Shown one piece after another: positions 1-10,838 of a stretch of DNA of 64,000 nt. The stretch covers positions 1,841,151 to 1,905,150 of the forward strand of contig CAJINV010000007.1 in assembly GCA_905178155.1 (NCBI GenBank), given 5' to 3'. A program made the translations under genes and the position numbers. How positions within the stretch are numbered: position 1 is the stretch's first letter; every line of letters begins with the position of its first letter. This DNA is from Amoebophrya sp. A120. Its lineage: Eukaryota; Protista; Dinoflagellata. The notes under the pieces were generated by a model. The model did not search any database and was not told the DNA's origin. It saw only the letters and a list, made by a program, of their open reading frames with translations.

Positions 1-1610
1 CGTGGAGGATAAGAGCAGCAGTGTTCGAGAGCGGGAACATTTGGCGCAGAAGCTCCGACTCTGCTTCATGCCAAAACATCAATGCCAGGGCGTTGCAGTA
101 GGTGTTCTTGTCTATCTCTCCGAAGCGTTCAAACGAGTACCAGGCGGGAAGCTTTCAAGGTCTTCTGCCAGTGCGTCCACCATCACCGCGGAAGCGGTGC
201 CAGCGGTGAGTGGTTGGGGCGGTGGGTGAGAGATCGAGGCGCGTTCGAAGAGTTCCAAGAGGTCTCGAGGGGCCTGCGTACCAAGCCCGCACGAGCCGGC
301 TTGCGGCCTTTTTTGGGTCGCGAGTACGTAGGGCCCGGGGCCGCGAAAAAGATGCCCGGCTGCGCCTGTTGGGCGTGCTGTGAGTGCCCGTGGGCCTGCA
401 CGAACCACAAGCACACGCTGTGCTACGACGAGCGAACCTGTGGCGACAACGCGGCCCTGGTGGTGTCTGGATACTGGCGGCTACCTCTCCTTTTCCGGGA
501 ACATCGTGTGCGACATGGGGATCTTCACCCCGGCCTGGCCGTATCGCATGGGTGTGCGGGTGCTCGATGTCAGCTGCAGTGCGTGTCCCCGCTTACAATC
601 TCCGGCTGTCGCTGCGGTTCTCTCCTGTGCTCACGGTAGTTTTGGATGCCAACCCTTCTCGCTGCTGTTCTGCCAGGTTCGGGTTTTCCTTGAGGTCTCC
701 CTCTCAGAGCCCGCTCGTCTTCAACCCAGTGCTGTCGTCGACAAACCTCTGTCTGAAACTCCCGTTGCAGGACGCTCGGACTTTGGGGCGTCTTCGCCAC
801 CGGCAGGAGTCAGGATGGGTAGATGGGCTTCCTCGCTGTTGCCTGAGCTCTGCTCGCGTCTGGCGGAACTTCTTCGTGCCAGGGTTGCGTTGGGTCGTAT
901 ATGCGGGTCGGAGTTCGCCGGGCACTCGTCAGTTTGGACGGTGCGCTTGCGTCCAGCCGTCCTCCTGGCTGCTTGCAGTCGGTTATATACTATGTCCCCC
1001 CTGGTCTCGTGCTGTTCTGTCTGACTGGTGATGGCTTGGTTGCAGCCAGCGACTTGTCGCTCCGTTTTGCCGCCACCACTGTCTGGTCCCCGGGCTCCCA
1101 GGCGCGGGAGTGTTGGGTCACCTGGTCGGGTTGTCGTTCGCTGCGGTGTCTCTCACGTCCCAAGCTCTTCGTGCTTGCCACTGGGCACAGTCGAGCGCCT
1201 TGTGATCGCCGCCAGTTTCTAAGAGCTGAAACTATAGGCTTTCACACATGGGGAGGTTCTTTTTGCCCCCCGGGACTATGCCTCTGCTCCCGTCTAAACT
1301 GTTGGGCATCTTCTTCCCCTTCGGTATTCGGGTGCAGGGAAGGGTGTTCGGGGTTGCTTCCCCCTCGGTTCTCGATGGTGGGTCTGCATTTGTGATCGCG
1401 GGGCAGTGGTTGGTTGAGGTTCTGTGGAGTTCCTCCAGGTGATACTCCCGCTCCTCTACCCGGCGGTGATCTTGCATCACAGCCACATGGGGCCACCCCG
1501 TGCTCAACCCCAGGGGATTATGGCCCCCTCTTTTTCGACGCGTTCGGACTGAGGATTGTTCCATTTTCCCTTAGTGACATCACCTCAGGGTTCCAGGGGT
1601 TCCAAAGACA
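1..1610. mobile_element. GC-rich insertion (probable transposable element, left end outside the window) nested inside the GH7 introner
   Basis: Similarity to the introner family at 8427-8678 stops abruptly at about 1609. The segment 993-1610 is bounded by TGTC...GACA (LTR-like ends). A protein-like minus-strand frame (KLPAWYSFERFGEIDKNTYCNALALMFWHE...) runs off the window from about 155 to 1. No diagnostic RT or integrase motif seen. Confidence 0.45.
410..456 (+). repeat. Exact 47-bp copy of GH7 sequence at 1662-1708
   Basis: agcacacgctgtgctacgacgagcgaacctgtggcgacaacgcggcc occurs at both 410-456 and 1662-1708. Confidence 0.97.
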
Positions 1611-1662
1611 GCATCACAAGTTTGTTGCAACCTTCCAGATCCAGACACTTTTGCATTCGATA
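1609..1662 (+). mobile_element. Right end of an introner (family B, as 8427-8678) in the GH7 gene
   Basis: cagcatcacaagtt...ttccagatccagacacttttgcattcgata matches cagcatcacaagtttccagacccagacatttttgcatttgata at the end of 8427-8678, and directly abuts GH7 coding sequence. Confidence 0.85.
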
Positions 1663-2404
1663 GCACACGCTGTGCTACGACGAGCGAACCTGTGGCGACA
1701 ACGCGGCCGACCCGCCGATGCGTTACAACGGGGAGTGTGACAAGGACGGGTGCGATTTCCAAACGAACCGGCTGGAAAACCCGACCGCCCCAGCGGAACC
1801 GAGCTACTACGGACCCGGAAAGAAAGTGGACACCACCCAGCCACTCACCGTCCACACTCAGTTCATCACCAGCGACAACACGCCCAACGGCGACCTGGTG
1901 GAAATCCGGCGGTACTACGAACAGCCGCCGAACTCCGGCACTTTCATCGACAACATGGTCTGGCAGGACGACTCGGGCTGCCACCACAAATCGCTCACGG
2001 ATTCTTTCTGCCACAAGTTCGTCGATGCCGTTGGCGAGAAACACGAACACGAACAGGGCGGGTTCATTGCGAAGGGGAACATGAAGGGCATGGGCGAAGC
2101 GATGAAGTTGGGCATGGTGCTGGTGCTGTCCCTCTGGAACGACTGGGAGGTCCAGATGGATTGGCTGAACTCCAATCCGTTCCCGAACAAGATGGGCGCG
2201 GACGGCAAACCCCACTTTGGCACCTTCCGGGGGCCGTGCGAACCGAACAAGTACGACCGCGATTTCACGGAAGCGGCCGGCTTTCGCGAAAACCGCAAAA
2301 CCAGCTTCAGCGACATCAAGGTGACGGGCATTGGGTCCGGGGGCGTGCCAAACAAGTACGCCGATGGCAGTACATGGAAGGCGGAATGCAAGGCGGCGCG
2401 GTGA
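1663..2404 (+). CDS. Glycoside hydrolase family 7 cellulase (cellobiohydrolase/endoglucanase), last exon; 5' part outside the window
   Basis: GH7 motifs CDKDGCDF, YYGPGKKVDTTQPLTVHTQFIT, GDLVEIRRYY and MGEAMKLGMVLVLSLW..MDWL. Confidence 0.93.
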
Positions 2405-3568
2405 ACAGGAGGAGACTCGTTTTTGCGGCGGCTATGATGAACAGGGAGTCAGTGGCATGAAAATGCTAATCCTGATGTTGGTGGAGAAGAGCACTCGAAT
2501 ATTTTTGTTCAGTGTTTTTCGTTTTTCTTTTTGCTAGTAGCATATCTTTCAAATTTATCAACTACTTTTGGCCTATTGTGGCGTGCCGTGTCTTCTGCAT
2601 CATGTTCACGTCGACTCTACTATGTCTGTAAAACAACGTATCACGAGCGTACTTATTCAGAAGGTTAAGGTTTCATTTTATGTCTGCATCATCATGAAGA
2701 TGTTGCCATGTACGATTCATTTTGATTTCTCTAATTCTCCTTCTGTATCAAGACTGTGAACGACGACAAATATTATCAGACAGCATACAACACGTGATGC
2801 TGTGCTGGGACCTGATGCTGAGTGGTCGAATTTTTGTGATTCATGAGAGGACTTGCCTGAGTCTGTGTCCGGTAAGCCTGGTGTCGCAGTAGCGGCACGA
2901 AGATGAAGTTGTGATTACTCAGTGACCACCACGACCTCGACCATACCACAATTTACAATTTTCAAAAATCGCTCCAACAAACATCAGCAGTCGTATCGAG
3001 TTAATTTCATCGTGGAACGAAATAAAAAGGCGGTGACCGAGAGCCGGTGGCTAACACCCTTATCTAAAACTCTGCCACCGTGGTCGCAGTGTTTACATGA
3101 AGTTTCATCGCGTATCTTCATGTCGGTGTTCGGATGTTTGCGAATTTGTCCCGCTAACAACGCCTGAAAGATGGAATGACGACCCAATGACATTGATGAT
3201 GAACCACCATTCTTAAATAATATACGCAATAGCGAAGAACAAGTAAAGTGATGAACTAAGTAAGCGAAAGCGAAAGGACCCATCATGCGAAGCAACGGAC
3301 ATGCATACCGCTCCCCGGCACGTCTGTTGCAAGAGGCTGATAGGTGGATAAACGTACCAGATCTCTTCATGAGAGCACCACAGACACGTATCTCGGCCTA
3401 AATTTAAGTAAGTACTTACATGATCATCGCTGGAGCTCAGCGCTTCCACAGCCCTATGGTATCCTAATTCTCCGTAAACGCCAACAGAAAAATGAGACCC
3501 AGAGCTCTTCCCGTGATTCACAATAAATTCGAGTAGAAATTAAGATCTAGTAGCTCCGGGCCAAAAAA

Positions 3569-4366
3569 ATGACGGACTTCGTTCATCATCTCCTCCAGCA
3601 ATGCGGGCCCAATAAATACGGAAATCTCGCCTTCCTTTGCGAGCAAACTGAGATGCAACAGCTATTGCATGTCGCTGCCACGACTGCGGGTGATTCACGA
3701 GCAGTAGAGGCCCAACAAACAGAATTAGAAAAAAGTCTGTCGCCGGACTTCTACGCCTTGCTCTTTCTCGCGTACTTGTATCACGGTGATAGGACCTCGA
3801 CCGGACAAGAAGCTTTCGCCCGGGCGGAGTGTCTTTTGCAGCGGCTGGTAGACGATGTTGCCGCAGCTGGGCTCGCTGGCGAAGGAGGTGGCGGAGGAAG
3901 TTCAACACGAAAACCCGCATATTACGGTGGAACGCAGCTCGCCGACTGGTTGCCGCACGGACAGTTGATTCTGCAACTCCGGGCGAATTACGAATTCGCG
4001 GAATGCGCAGAATGTATCAGGAGCTTGCCGGTTCCGGCTGTTTTAGAACAGTTTCGAGAAATTGTGGCGCAGCGGAACCTCCAGACGAGCAGCGCTGCGT
4101 CGAATCATGGAACACCGTCAATTATGGCTCCACAGAGTGATGGAAGTTCATCACGGCCAGAAAAACAGATGGCGGCGCAAACTCTAACTCATCTTGAGGG
4201 CCGGGAACAAGATCAAGAAGAGCAAGGGGCGACTCCGTTTTCTTTTGCACATATTTCAAAAGTGGTTTCCTTTTTGCAGGACTGTGAGGACTTTCAGGAG
4301 CTGCAGATCGGGAAAGCCACCGCGGCGGAAAGCGAACGCGACGACCCAATGGAGGGAAGGGCTTGA
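3569..4366 (+). CDS. Hypothetical protein, 265 aa, intronless
   Basis: ATG-started ORF with helical protein-like composition, on the same strand as its neighbours. No recognised domain. Confidence 0.55.
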   Translation: MTDFVHHLLQQCGPNKYGNLAFLCEQTEMQQLLHVAATTAGDSRAVEAQQTELEKSLSPDFYALLFLAYLYHGDRTSTGQEAFARAECLLQRLVDDVAAAGLAGEGGGGGSSTRKPAYYGGTQLADWLPHGQLILQLRANYEFAECAECIRSLPVPAVLEQFREIVAQRNLQTSSAASNHGTPSIMAPQSDGSSSRPEKQMAAQTLTHLEGREQDQEEQGATPFSFAHISKVVSFLQDCEDFQELQIGKATAAESERDDPMEGRA

Positions 4367-5368
4367 GGAAGCACTCTGTGGCAAGGGCTCCCGCACTTCA
4401 CATCAATTGGACTGAAGTACTAGAATGAAAGTACTAGCTGCGTCATGGACGAAGCAGAAGATGCTAGTGAAGATAGAACGTGCTGCAACTACGACACTTG
4501 TTTGTTTCGCAAAATGTGAATGATTGCCTTTGCTCCCTTCATCACATCTAGCAGGTGAGTTTGAGTTACGTGCTTCACCACAAGAATCCGCCGTGATCTT
4601 GCACTCACATTGTGATAGAGATCACGCCTGTTGTTCAAAAAATCCTCAGTGCCGGTGCTAATTGAAAATTTAAATTCACTGAAAAGATCCTCCGCGTACG
4701 CGCTTGAAAGGATGATAAACGACATGCGGCACGCCACTTCTAATTTTGTGCATTAGCGGCCAGAAGAGTTCTGCGCCGACGATCTATAAATTGCAAATGC
4801 CTGCTCATCATTACCCATGCACGAATCTCGTACTCCTATGCGCACTGGATTTAATAGAAGTTGCTCTCTCTGACTCTGCGTGAAGTCTCCTTGCACGGCC
4901 AGTTAAGATGTTGCATTTCGTTTTTCGAATACAGCAGGACGCAAATAGCTACGGGCAGCATACTAGTTTTCAATTTCATAGTCTCCAACTAGCTCCTTTT
5001 TAGATAGAGCGCCACATCATAAAAACAAGAAGCATAGTTGAAGTTGTCCTCACCAGTTGTCATAAGGTATCACGGGGTATTCGTATTGTTCGCGACATAG
5101 TTACATACGACAAGAAGTAAATAAAGGTCCTTCGTTCTACTTCGAACATATTTCAATCCTGCGGCGACGACACGACAAACAAGACAACGATCGTCACTAC
5201 CTAGTGCTAGTTAGTGAAACGGAACGGCTATAAAATTCGTAGATATCTATCCAGGGAACGAACCCAAAGCAACTACAGTGGAGGTACTTATCACCGCGGA
5301 GCATTTGAAGCAACGTAGTTTACTCAACATAACGACACCTCATCCTCACCTACCAAATCGTTGAAGCC

Positions 5369-8300
5369 ATGGCGCAGTTTGGTCTCCGTCCGAATATCAT
5401 CCTCCTGCGGGACGGGACGGATAGTTCCCAGGGCAAGCCGCAGATTATCAGCAACATCAATGCGTGCTGTGCGGTCGTGGACATCGTGAAGTCCACACTA
5501 GGTCCCCGCGGCATGGACAAGCTGATGGTGGACGAGGGTGGTGAGGCTTTGGTCACCAACGACGGGGCCACCGTGATGAAGCGACTCAATGTGGTCCACC
5601 CGGCAGCGAAAATTTTGGTGGACATCGCAAAGTCACAAGACATGGAGGTCGGAGATGGAACCACATCGGTGGTCGTGCTGTGCGGTAGGAATTTTTGATC
5701 ATGATCATGATGTAGATTTTTCTACTGCAGTTTTTCGTATCTAATGCTAGCGACTCCACGCATAGCCATTGGCATAAAGCGGTCGTGTCTTTTTGTCATG
5801 CCAATATGCAAGGCTGGATCTCAATCAACAACAAAAATTAGGCGAGTTCCTCCGCGAAGCTAAGACGTTCTTAGAAGACGGCGTCGTGGCTCAAACCATC
5901 ATAAAAGGCTACCGCAAAGCGGCAGAGCTGGCGCTGCAGAAATTGAAGGACATCAGCATCGATTTGTCCACAAAAGACCCGGCAGAAAAGACAAACATGC
6001 TGCGGAAATGCGGTATACTTTTTTGAATGGATTTCTCTTTTTTCGTGTCGCTTCAAATCTCCATCTGGTGCAAAGGTTTTGTTACACTGGCGTGACATGT
6101 AGTAAGTAGCGTTGTGGCGCTCGTTCTGCTGTTAACAGAATCTCCATCCTGCTTTGCTAAATTAATACACAACAGCGGAGACGACCCTGAACTCAAAATT
6201 GGTGGCTGACTACAAGGAATTCTTTTCCGAAATGGTCGTTCGCGCGATCCAGATTCTAGGCGACGACTTGGACTACCGAGGAATCGGAATCAAAAAGGTA
6301 TAAGGTTAAGGAATTTCTGTTGCACCAGATGTTGCCTTTTGCGCAGACCCTGTAAATAAGAAAGAGAACAAGAAGACACCTCCAGAGAAAAAACTTTCAT
6401 GTCAACATCAGGTCACGGGCGGCAGTGTGATGGATTCCACGCTGATCAATGGCGTTGCCTTCAAGAAAACCTTCTCCTACGCCGGCTTCGAGCAGCAGCC
6501 CAAGAGCTTTGTGAAGCCAAAAATCTTACTTTTGAACTTGGAGCTGGAACTGAAGAGCGAAAAGGACAACGCGGAAATCAGAATCGCCGACCCCAGCAAG
6601 TTCCAAGCCATTGTCGACGCGGAATGGAGTATTCATCTGCAGCTTCTTGTTCGTTCAACAGTAGATGTACTACAGTTCTTATCGATCAGCACAAGATGAA
6701 GAGCCAGATCCGATGGCTATGATGCAAGCATAATGTAAGACTAAGATGACGATTGTCTTCCTGTATCGCTATCGTCGTCCTCTACTTCTCCGACCACTAA
6801 AACATTACAATATCCCCACGACAGATATCATCTACGAGAAACTGGACAACATCGCTAAATCCGGTGCCAACGTCGTCCTCTCCAAGCTCGCTATCGGCGA
6901 CCTCGCCACCCAGTACTTCGCCGACCGCGACATTTTCTGCGCCGGCCGGGTCGAGCACGCCGATTTGGACAGGACGAGACGCGCCACAGGGGCGGCTGTC
7001 CAGACGACAGTTACCGCGGGGCTGGACCCGAGCGTCTTGGGATCCTGTGGAAAGTTTGAAGAGGTGCAGATCGGAGCGGAGAGGTAGGATTTGATACATC
7101 GTTTTGTTTGACAGGCTGATGATTCTTTTCCAGCATGATCGTCTTGGTTTTTTCCCAAGTCTTCTGCTAAAAAAATCGGCTACACATCACGCAAATCGTC
7201 TTCGCACGACATCTTCATAGCACAACATCTTCATAGCACAACTTTATTTGTCAACAACATGCTCTATTGATTGCTTGAGCATGTTGATCTTGATACAACA
7301 TCACAGGTGGAACCTCTTCAAAGACTGCGAGAACACAAAGGCCGCAACATTGATTATCCGTGGAGGCGCTCAGCAGTTTGTGGACGAGGCCGAACGATCT
7401 ATCCACGACTCATTTATTATGAATGTGTCAGAGTTGAAATCGACAAAGTTGAAATAATTTGCCATGCATAAAATGGATGCCAGTTGGAGCCCAGTTTTCA
7501 AGTGGCGCATGACAAATTTCGGTGGTCCCTAAATCCAGTCTGTCATGCTGCTTAGGCAAAGAAGAGTGATTTTCTCATGCTACTTTAGCAGCTCGAGCTG
7601 TAACCCCAAACAGGCTTACAATCGGCCTCACTTGCCTGCTCTGCAACACACGTGCCTCGGGTCATGCATTTTATGCATTACAAATTATTTCAACTTTGAC
7701 GATTTCAAACCTGACGCTTCCATATTTATGATCGTGAAGAGCGCGACAAAGAACACCGCGGTAATACTACTTCAGGGTTTAAATTTCAATCTATATTTCT
7801 TTCCGATTATACTTGCGAGCACGGAGTCGGAGCACATGTGGTATGACTATGTATGATCATGATGTTCGTGTTCTTATCTTTGCTGTTTCTAGAGTTTGTC
7901 TTTGTCATGCCACCAGAAAACTTCCACTTATCACAACGAACAGATTGTCGGCGGAGGCGGTGCTATCGAGATGGAGCTTTCCCGCTACCTTCGGGAGTAC
8001 GCGAGGACCGTGCCGGGAAAGCAGCAACGGGTCATCGAGAACTACGCCAGAGCACTGGAAGTCATCCCCAGAACACTCGTCCAGAACAGTGGTAAGCTCT
8101 GGAGATGGTTTTTATTCACTGTTTCTGTCGCACTTAGTTCTAGTTCGTTGCAAAAGCAACATCAAAAAAGGGGCAGGTATTGAAACAAAGATAGAATTTC
8201 TGAATCTGATGCAAAATTTCATGACTTTCCTGCAGCGCCGCAACGAATCAACACAAATCAAATGCATTCTTTTAATCCCCCGCAACGAATCAACACAAAT

Positions 8301-9563
8301 CAAATGCATTCCCATGTTTATTTGATCCCCAGGCGGTGACGCCACGGACGTGATGAACAAGCTCCGACAGAAGCACACGGGCGCTTCCAGCACGGAGTCC
8401 CGGTGGTTTGGCGTGGACTGCATCGATATGAAATGCAAAAATGTCTGGGTCTGGAAGAATGCATGTTTGTCATGCTTGTCTGGCATGACTCTTAAATCTG
8501 TCACGCACGTTGCCCAAGAGCCGCATTTTTCTGTCATGCGGAGACGCAGTTTGTCATGCAGAATAGGCAACACCTACAAGCTCAGAAATTTGTCATGCTG
8601 AGCCAGCACTTGTGGCCTCATCATGAGATGCCACCCAGCATCACAAGTTTCCAGACCCAGACATTTTTGCATTTGATAATCGAGAACGGCGTGAAGGACA
8701 CCCTGGCGAACTTCATCTGGGAGCCGATATGACAGCCTCAGAATGGAAATCCTGAAAGTGGAAATAATTTGTAATGCAAAAAAACGACTCCAGTCGAAGC
8801 ACCATTTCTAGTCGGCGCATGACAAATTTCCCGGGCACTCAAAACGTGTCTGTCATGCTAGTTAGGCAAAGGGGTGCCCGTCTTTCGTGCTAATCAGCAG
8901 CCCAATTCTGAACCCGTAGAAGCACAATAGTCGGCCTCCATTGCGTTCTCTGCAATACAGTCTTTTACTTTTTGGTGTCGCATTTCATGCATCACAAATC
9001 ATTTCCACTTTGAGGATTTCCATTCTGAGGCTTCCATAGCCGACCACCGTGAAGGAAAACGCCATCTACGCCGCGACTGAGGCCTGCAACCTCATCCTCT
9101 CCATCGACGAAACCATCAAGAACCCGCAGTCCGAGCAGCCGAAGGGCGGCAAGGGCAAGGGCGGCGGCTATTACAATGAAAAATGCCCCCACCCCCGAAC
9201 TTGGGAGCATTTGTATTGCAAACCTTTCCAAATGAAACATTCGCCCTCTTGCATCTATCAGCATCACAGGTTTCCAATCGTGAAGAGCAAGAATTTGTCT
9301 TGCAAAAGACCCCAGCAAGAGCGGCGCTTGTCATGCAAGCGATGCGACACACGCCTAGACTCTGCATCAGAAAGATTCATACTCCTTTCATGCATGACAA
9401 AAGGTTTTCATTTGGAAACTTCGCATCACAAATTTTTGCAATTTCAGGGGTGGGGGGCATTTTTCACTGTAATAGCGGCAAGGGCTTCACCAACCAAATG
9501 GCCGGCATGGCACGGGGCGGCAAGGGCAGGGGCATGAAGCAACTGAGGAACACCATGGCGTGA
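5369..9563 (+). CDS. CCT7: T-complex protein 1 subunit eta (chaperonin CCT7), 12 exons: 5369-5684, 5842-6012, 6176-6297, 6412-6628, 6825-7083, 7307-7417, 7730-7760, 7944-8091, 8333-8426, 8684-8727, 9044-9168, 9480-9563
   Basis: [49 protein letters not shown] and [18 protein letters not shown]. Seven GT-AG introns and four introners; the frame is restored at each. Confidence 0.95.
7418..7724 (+). mobile_element. Introner family A (307 bp), TSD TTTAT, in CCT7
   Basis: tatgaatgtgtcag...ctgacgcttccata with about 55-bp imperfect TIRs. Removal gives HDSFMIVK. Confidence 0.93.
8238..8311 (+). repeat. Tandem duplication of about 32 bp (period 42) in a CCT7 intron
   Basis: ccgcaacgaatcaacacaaatcaaatgcattc occurs twice. 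Confidence 0.85.
8427..8678 (+). mobile_element. Introner family B (252 bp), TSD ATCGA, in CCT7
   Basis: tatgaaatgcaaaaatgtctgggtctggaa pairs with ttccagacccagacatttttgcatttgata. Removal gives GVDCIENGV. Confidence 0.93.
8728..9038 (+). mobile_element. Introner, diverged family A relative (311 bp), TSD GCCGA, in CCT7
   Basis: gcctcagaatggaaatcct pairs with aggatttccattctgaggc. Removal gives [11 protein letters not shown]. Confidence 0.93.
9169..9474 (+). mobile_element. Introner family C (306 bp), TSD GCGGC, in CCT7
   Basis: tattacaatgaaaaatgccccc pairs with gggggcatttttcactgtaata. Removal gives GKGGGKGFTNQ. Confidence 0.92.
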
Positions 9564-10838
9564 GGTGTTTCGAGATGATGTTCTTTACGACGCTCTCCTT
9601 TCTTCGCAAAAGTTCTTGCAGTCGAGGTTGTGTGCGTTAATGTCGTGCTTCTGATACAAGAAATCATGTATCGATCAGCTTCAGCACGGAAGTAAAACAG
9701 GTGTATGCTCACTAGCAGCTGCTGCTAGTGCAGCATCAAACACCCAGCAGCCCTTCGCGGACGTACACTAAATAATTGGTGGAACAAGCGGTGGGACGTA
9801 CCTGTGGTCCATGATAATTACAAGCACAACAACTCCATCTGTTTCTGCTGCCGCAGACGGTAGTAGGCCGCACATCTTCAGTCAGCTGAGCTTACGACTT
9901 TTTTCAACAAGAACTCTTGGGAGCAGTACGGCACCAATTTACAATTTGAACTCCTTTTCGAATTTGTCCTAACCTGTTCTTCGAGCGAGTTTTTTAACCG
10001 TGGACGTCTGGTATGGCCTTCAAGTGAACGTCGGGTGTTTTTTATGGACGAAGGAAATCCCAAATCTGTCGCAACCTGCCGGACGAACAACTCTTTGCGT
10101 CGCATACTGACTTCCGTTGTTCTTGTTGATTCTTGATCTTCATCATATTTTTTGTTTTTTTGAATCCATTGCCGTTGCCCGCACTCGTGCTATACGTTTG
10201 TTCTACACCCTGTTTTCAGGAGGTTTTTTTTCGGGACGGCTCTACAATAACAAAGCAAACGGGCGCGAAGTAATTTCCTTTTGAGATCATCCACAAAGCG
10301 CAGTCCCTCAGCTAACACCGAGAACGAGAGAAACAAAACGATGAAGCTGCGTGGGCCTTCGTTTGATGCTATGCTCGATGATGAAGTAGTTACAGTCGAT
10401 CGATGTACGGTCTTTCTAGGATTCAGATTTCGAGCTCGAGGACGACGTTGTAAAGTTTCTGTCTTCTTGATAATTCTCCCCAGGCACTCATCGAAACTTA
10501 GCAAAACAGATTGGATTCTACGCCCCGCCCCCCCTTTTTTCGGATTGATACACTTCGGTTCTATTTTTTATTCCACACAATAATTCATTTCAACCGCAAG
10601 CTCCGCACGAAGATGGAAACTTTTTTGTTTTGTTTTTCGTTCGTGATGATTCTCAGCGATAGAGTTAGTTTGATAGTGATAGCGCGCAAAAATAGAAGTT
10701 CAAGTTTTAGCTGTTCATCCCCATCTGCAAAAAATACGCGTTCTAAATACTACTTACTTTAATAAAAACCACTTCAATTACGAGCCTACTCTCTACTAAG
10801 AACCCCGCTTTGCCTCGCAGAACAAAGCAGTACGAAAA

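Noticed and set aside
82-1564. Overlapping ORFs of 100-215 aa
   Set aside because: Chance ORFs in GC-rich DNA with no recognisable domains.
410-1708. The 47-bp repeat as an ordinary target-site duplication flanking 457-1661
   Set aside because: Sequence upstream of about 394 is not GH7-like, and the right copy abuts an introner end. The left copy therefore looks embedded rather than being the true upstream exon. Not fully excluded.
4489-4737. Minus-strand ORF faintly like a hAT transposase fragment
   Set aside because: Too short and lacks catalytic motifs.
9049-9537. ORF reading through the family C introner
   Set aside because: The 311-nt insert shifts the frame and the translated insert is not CCT-like.
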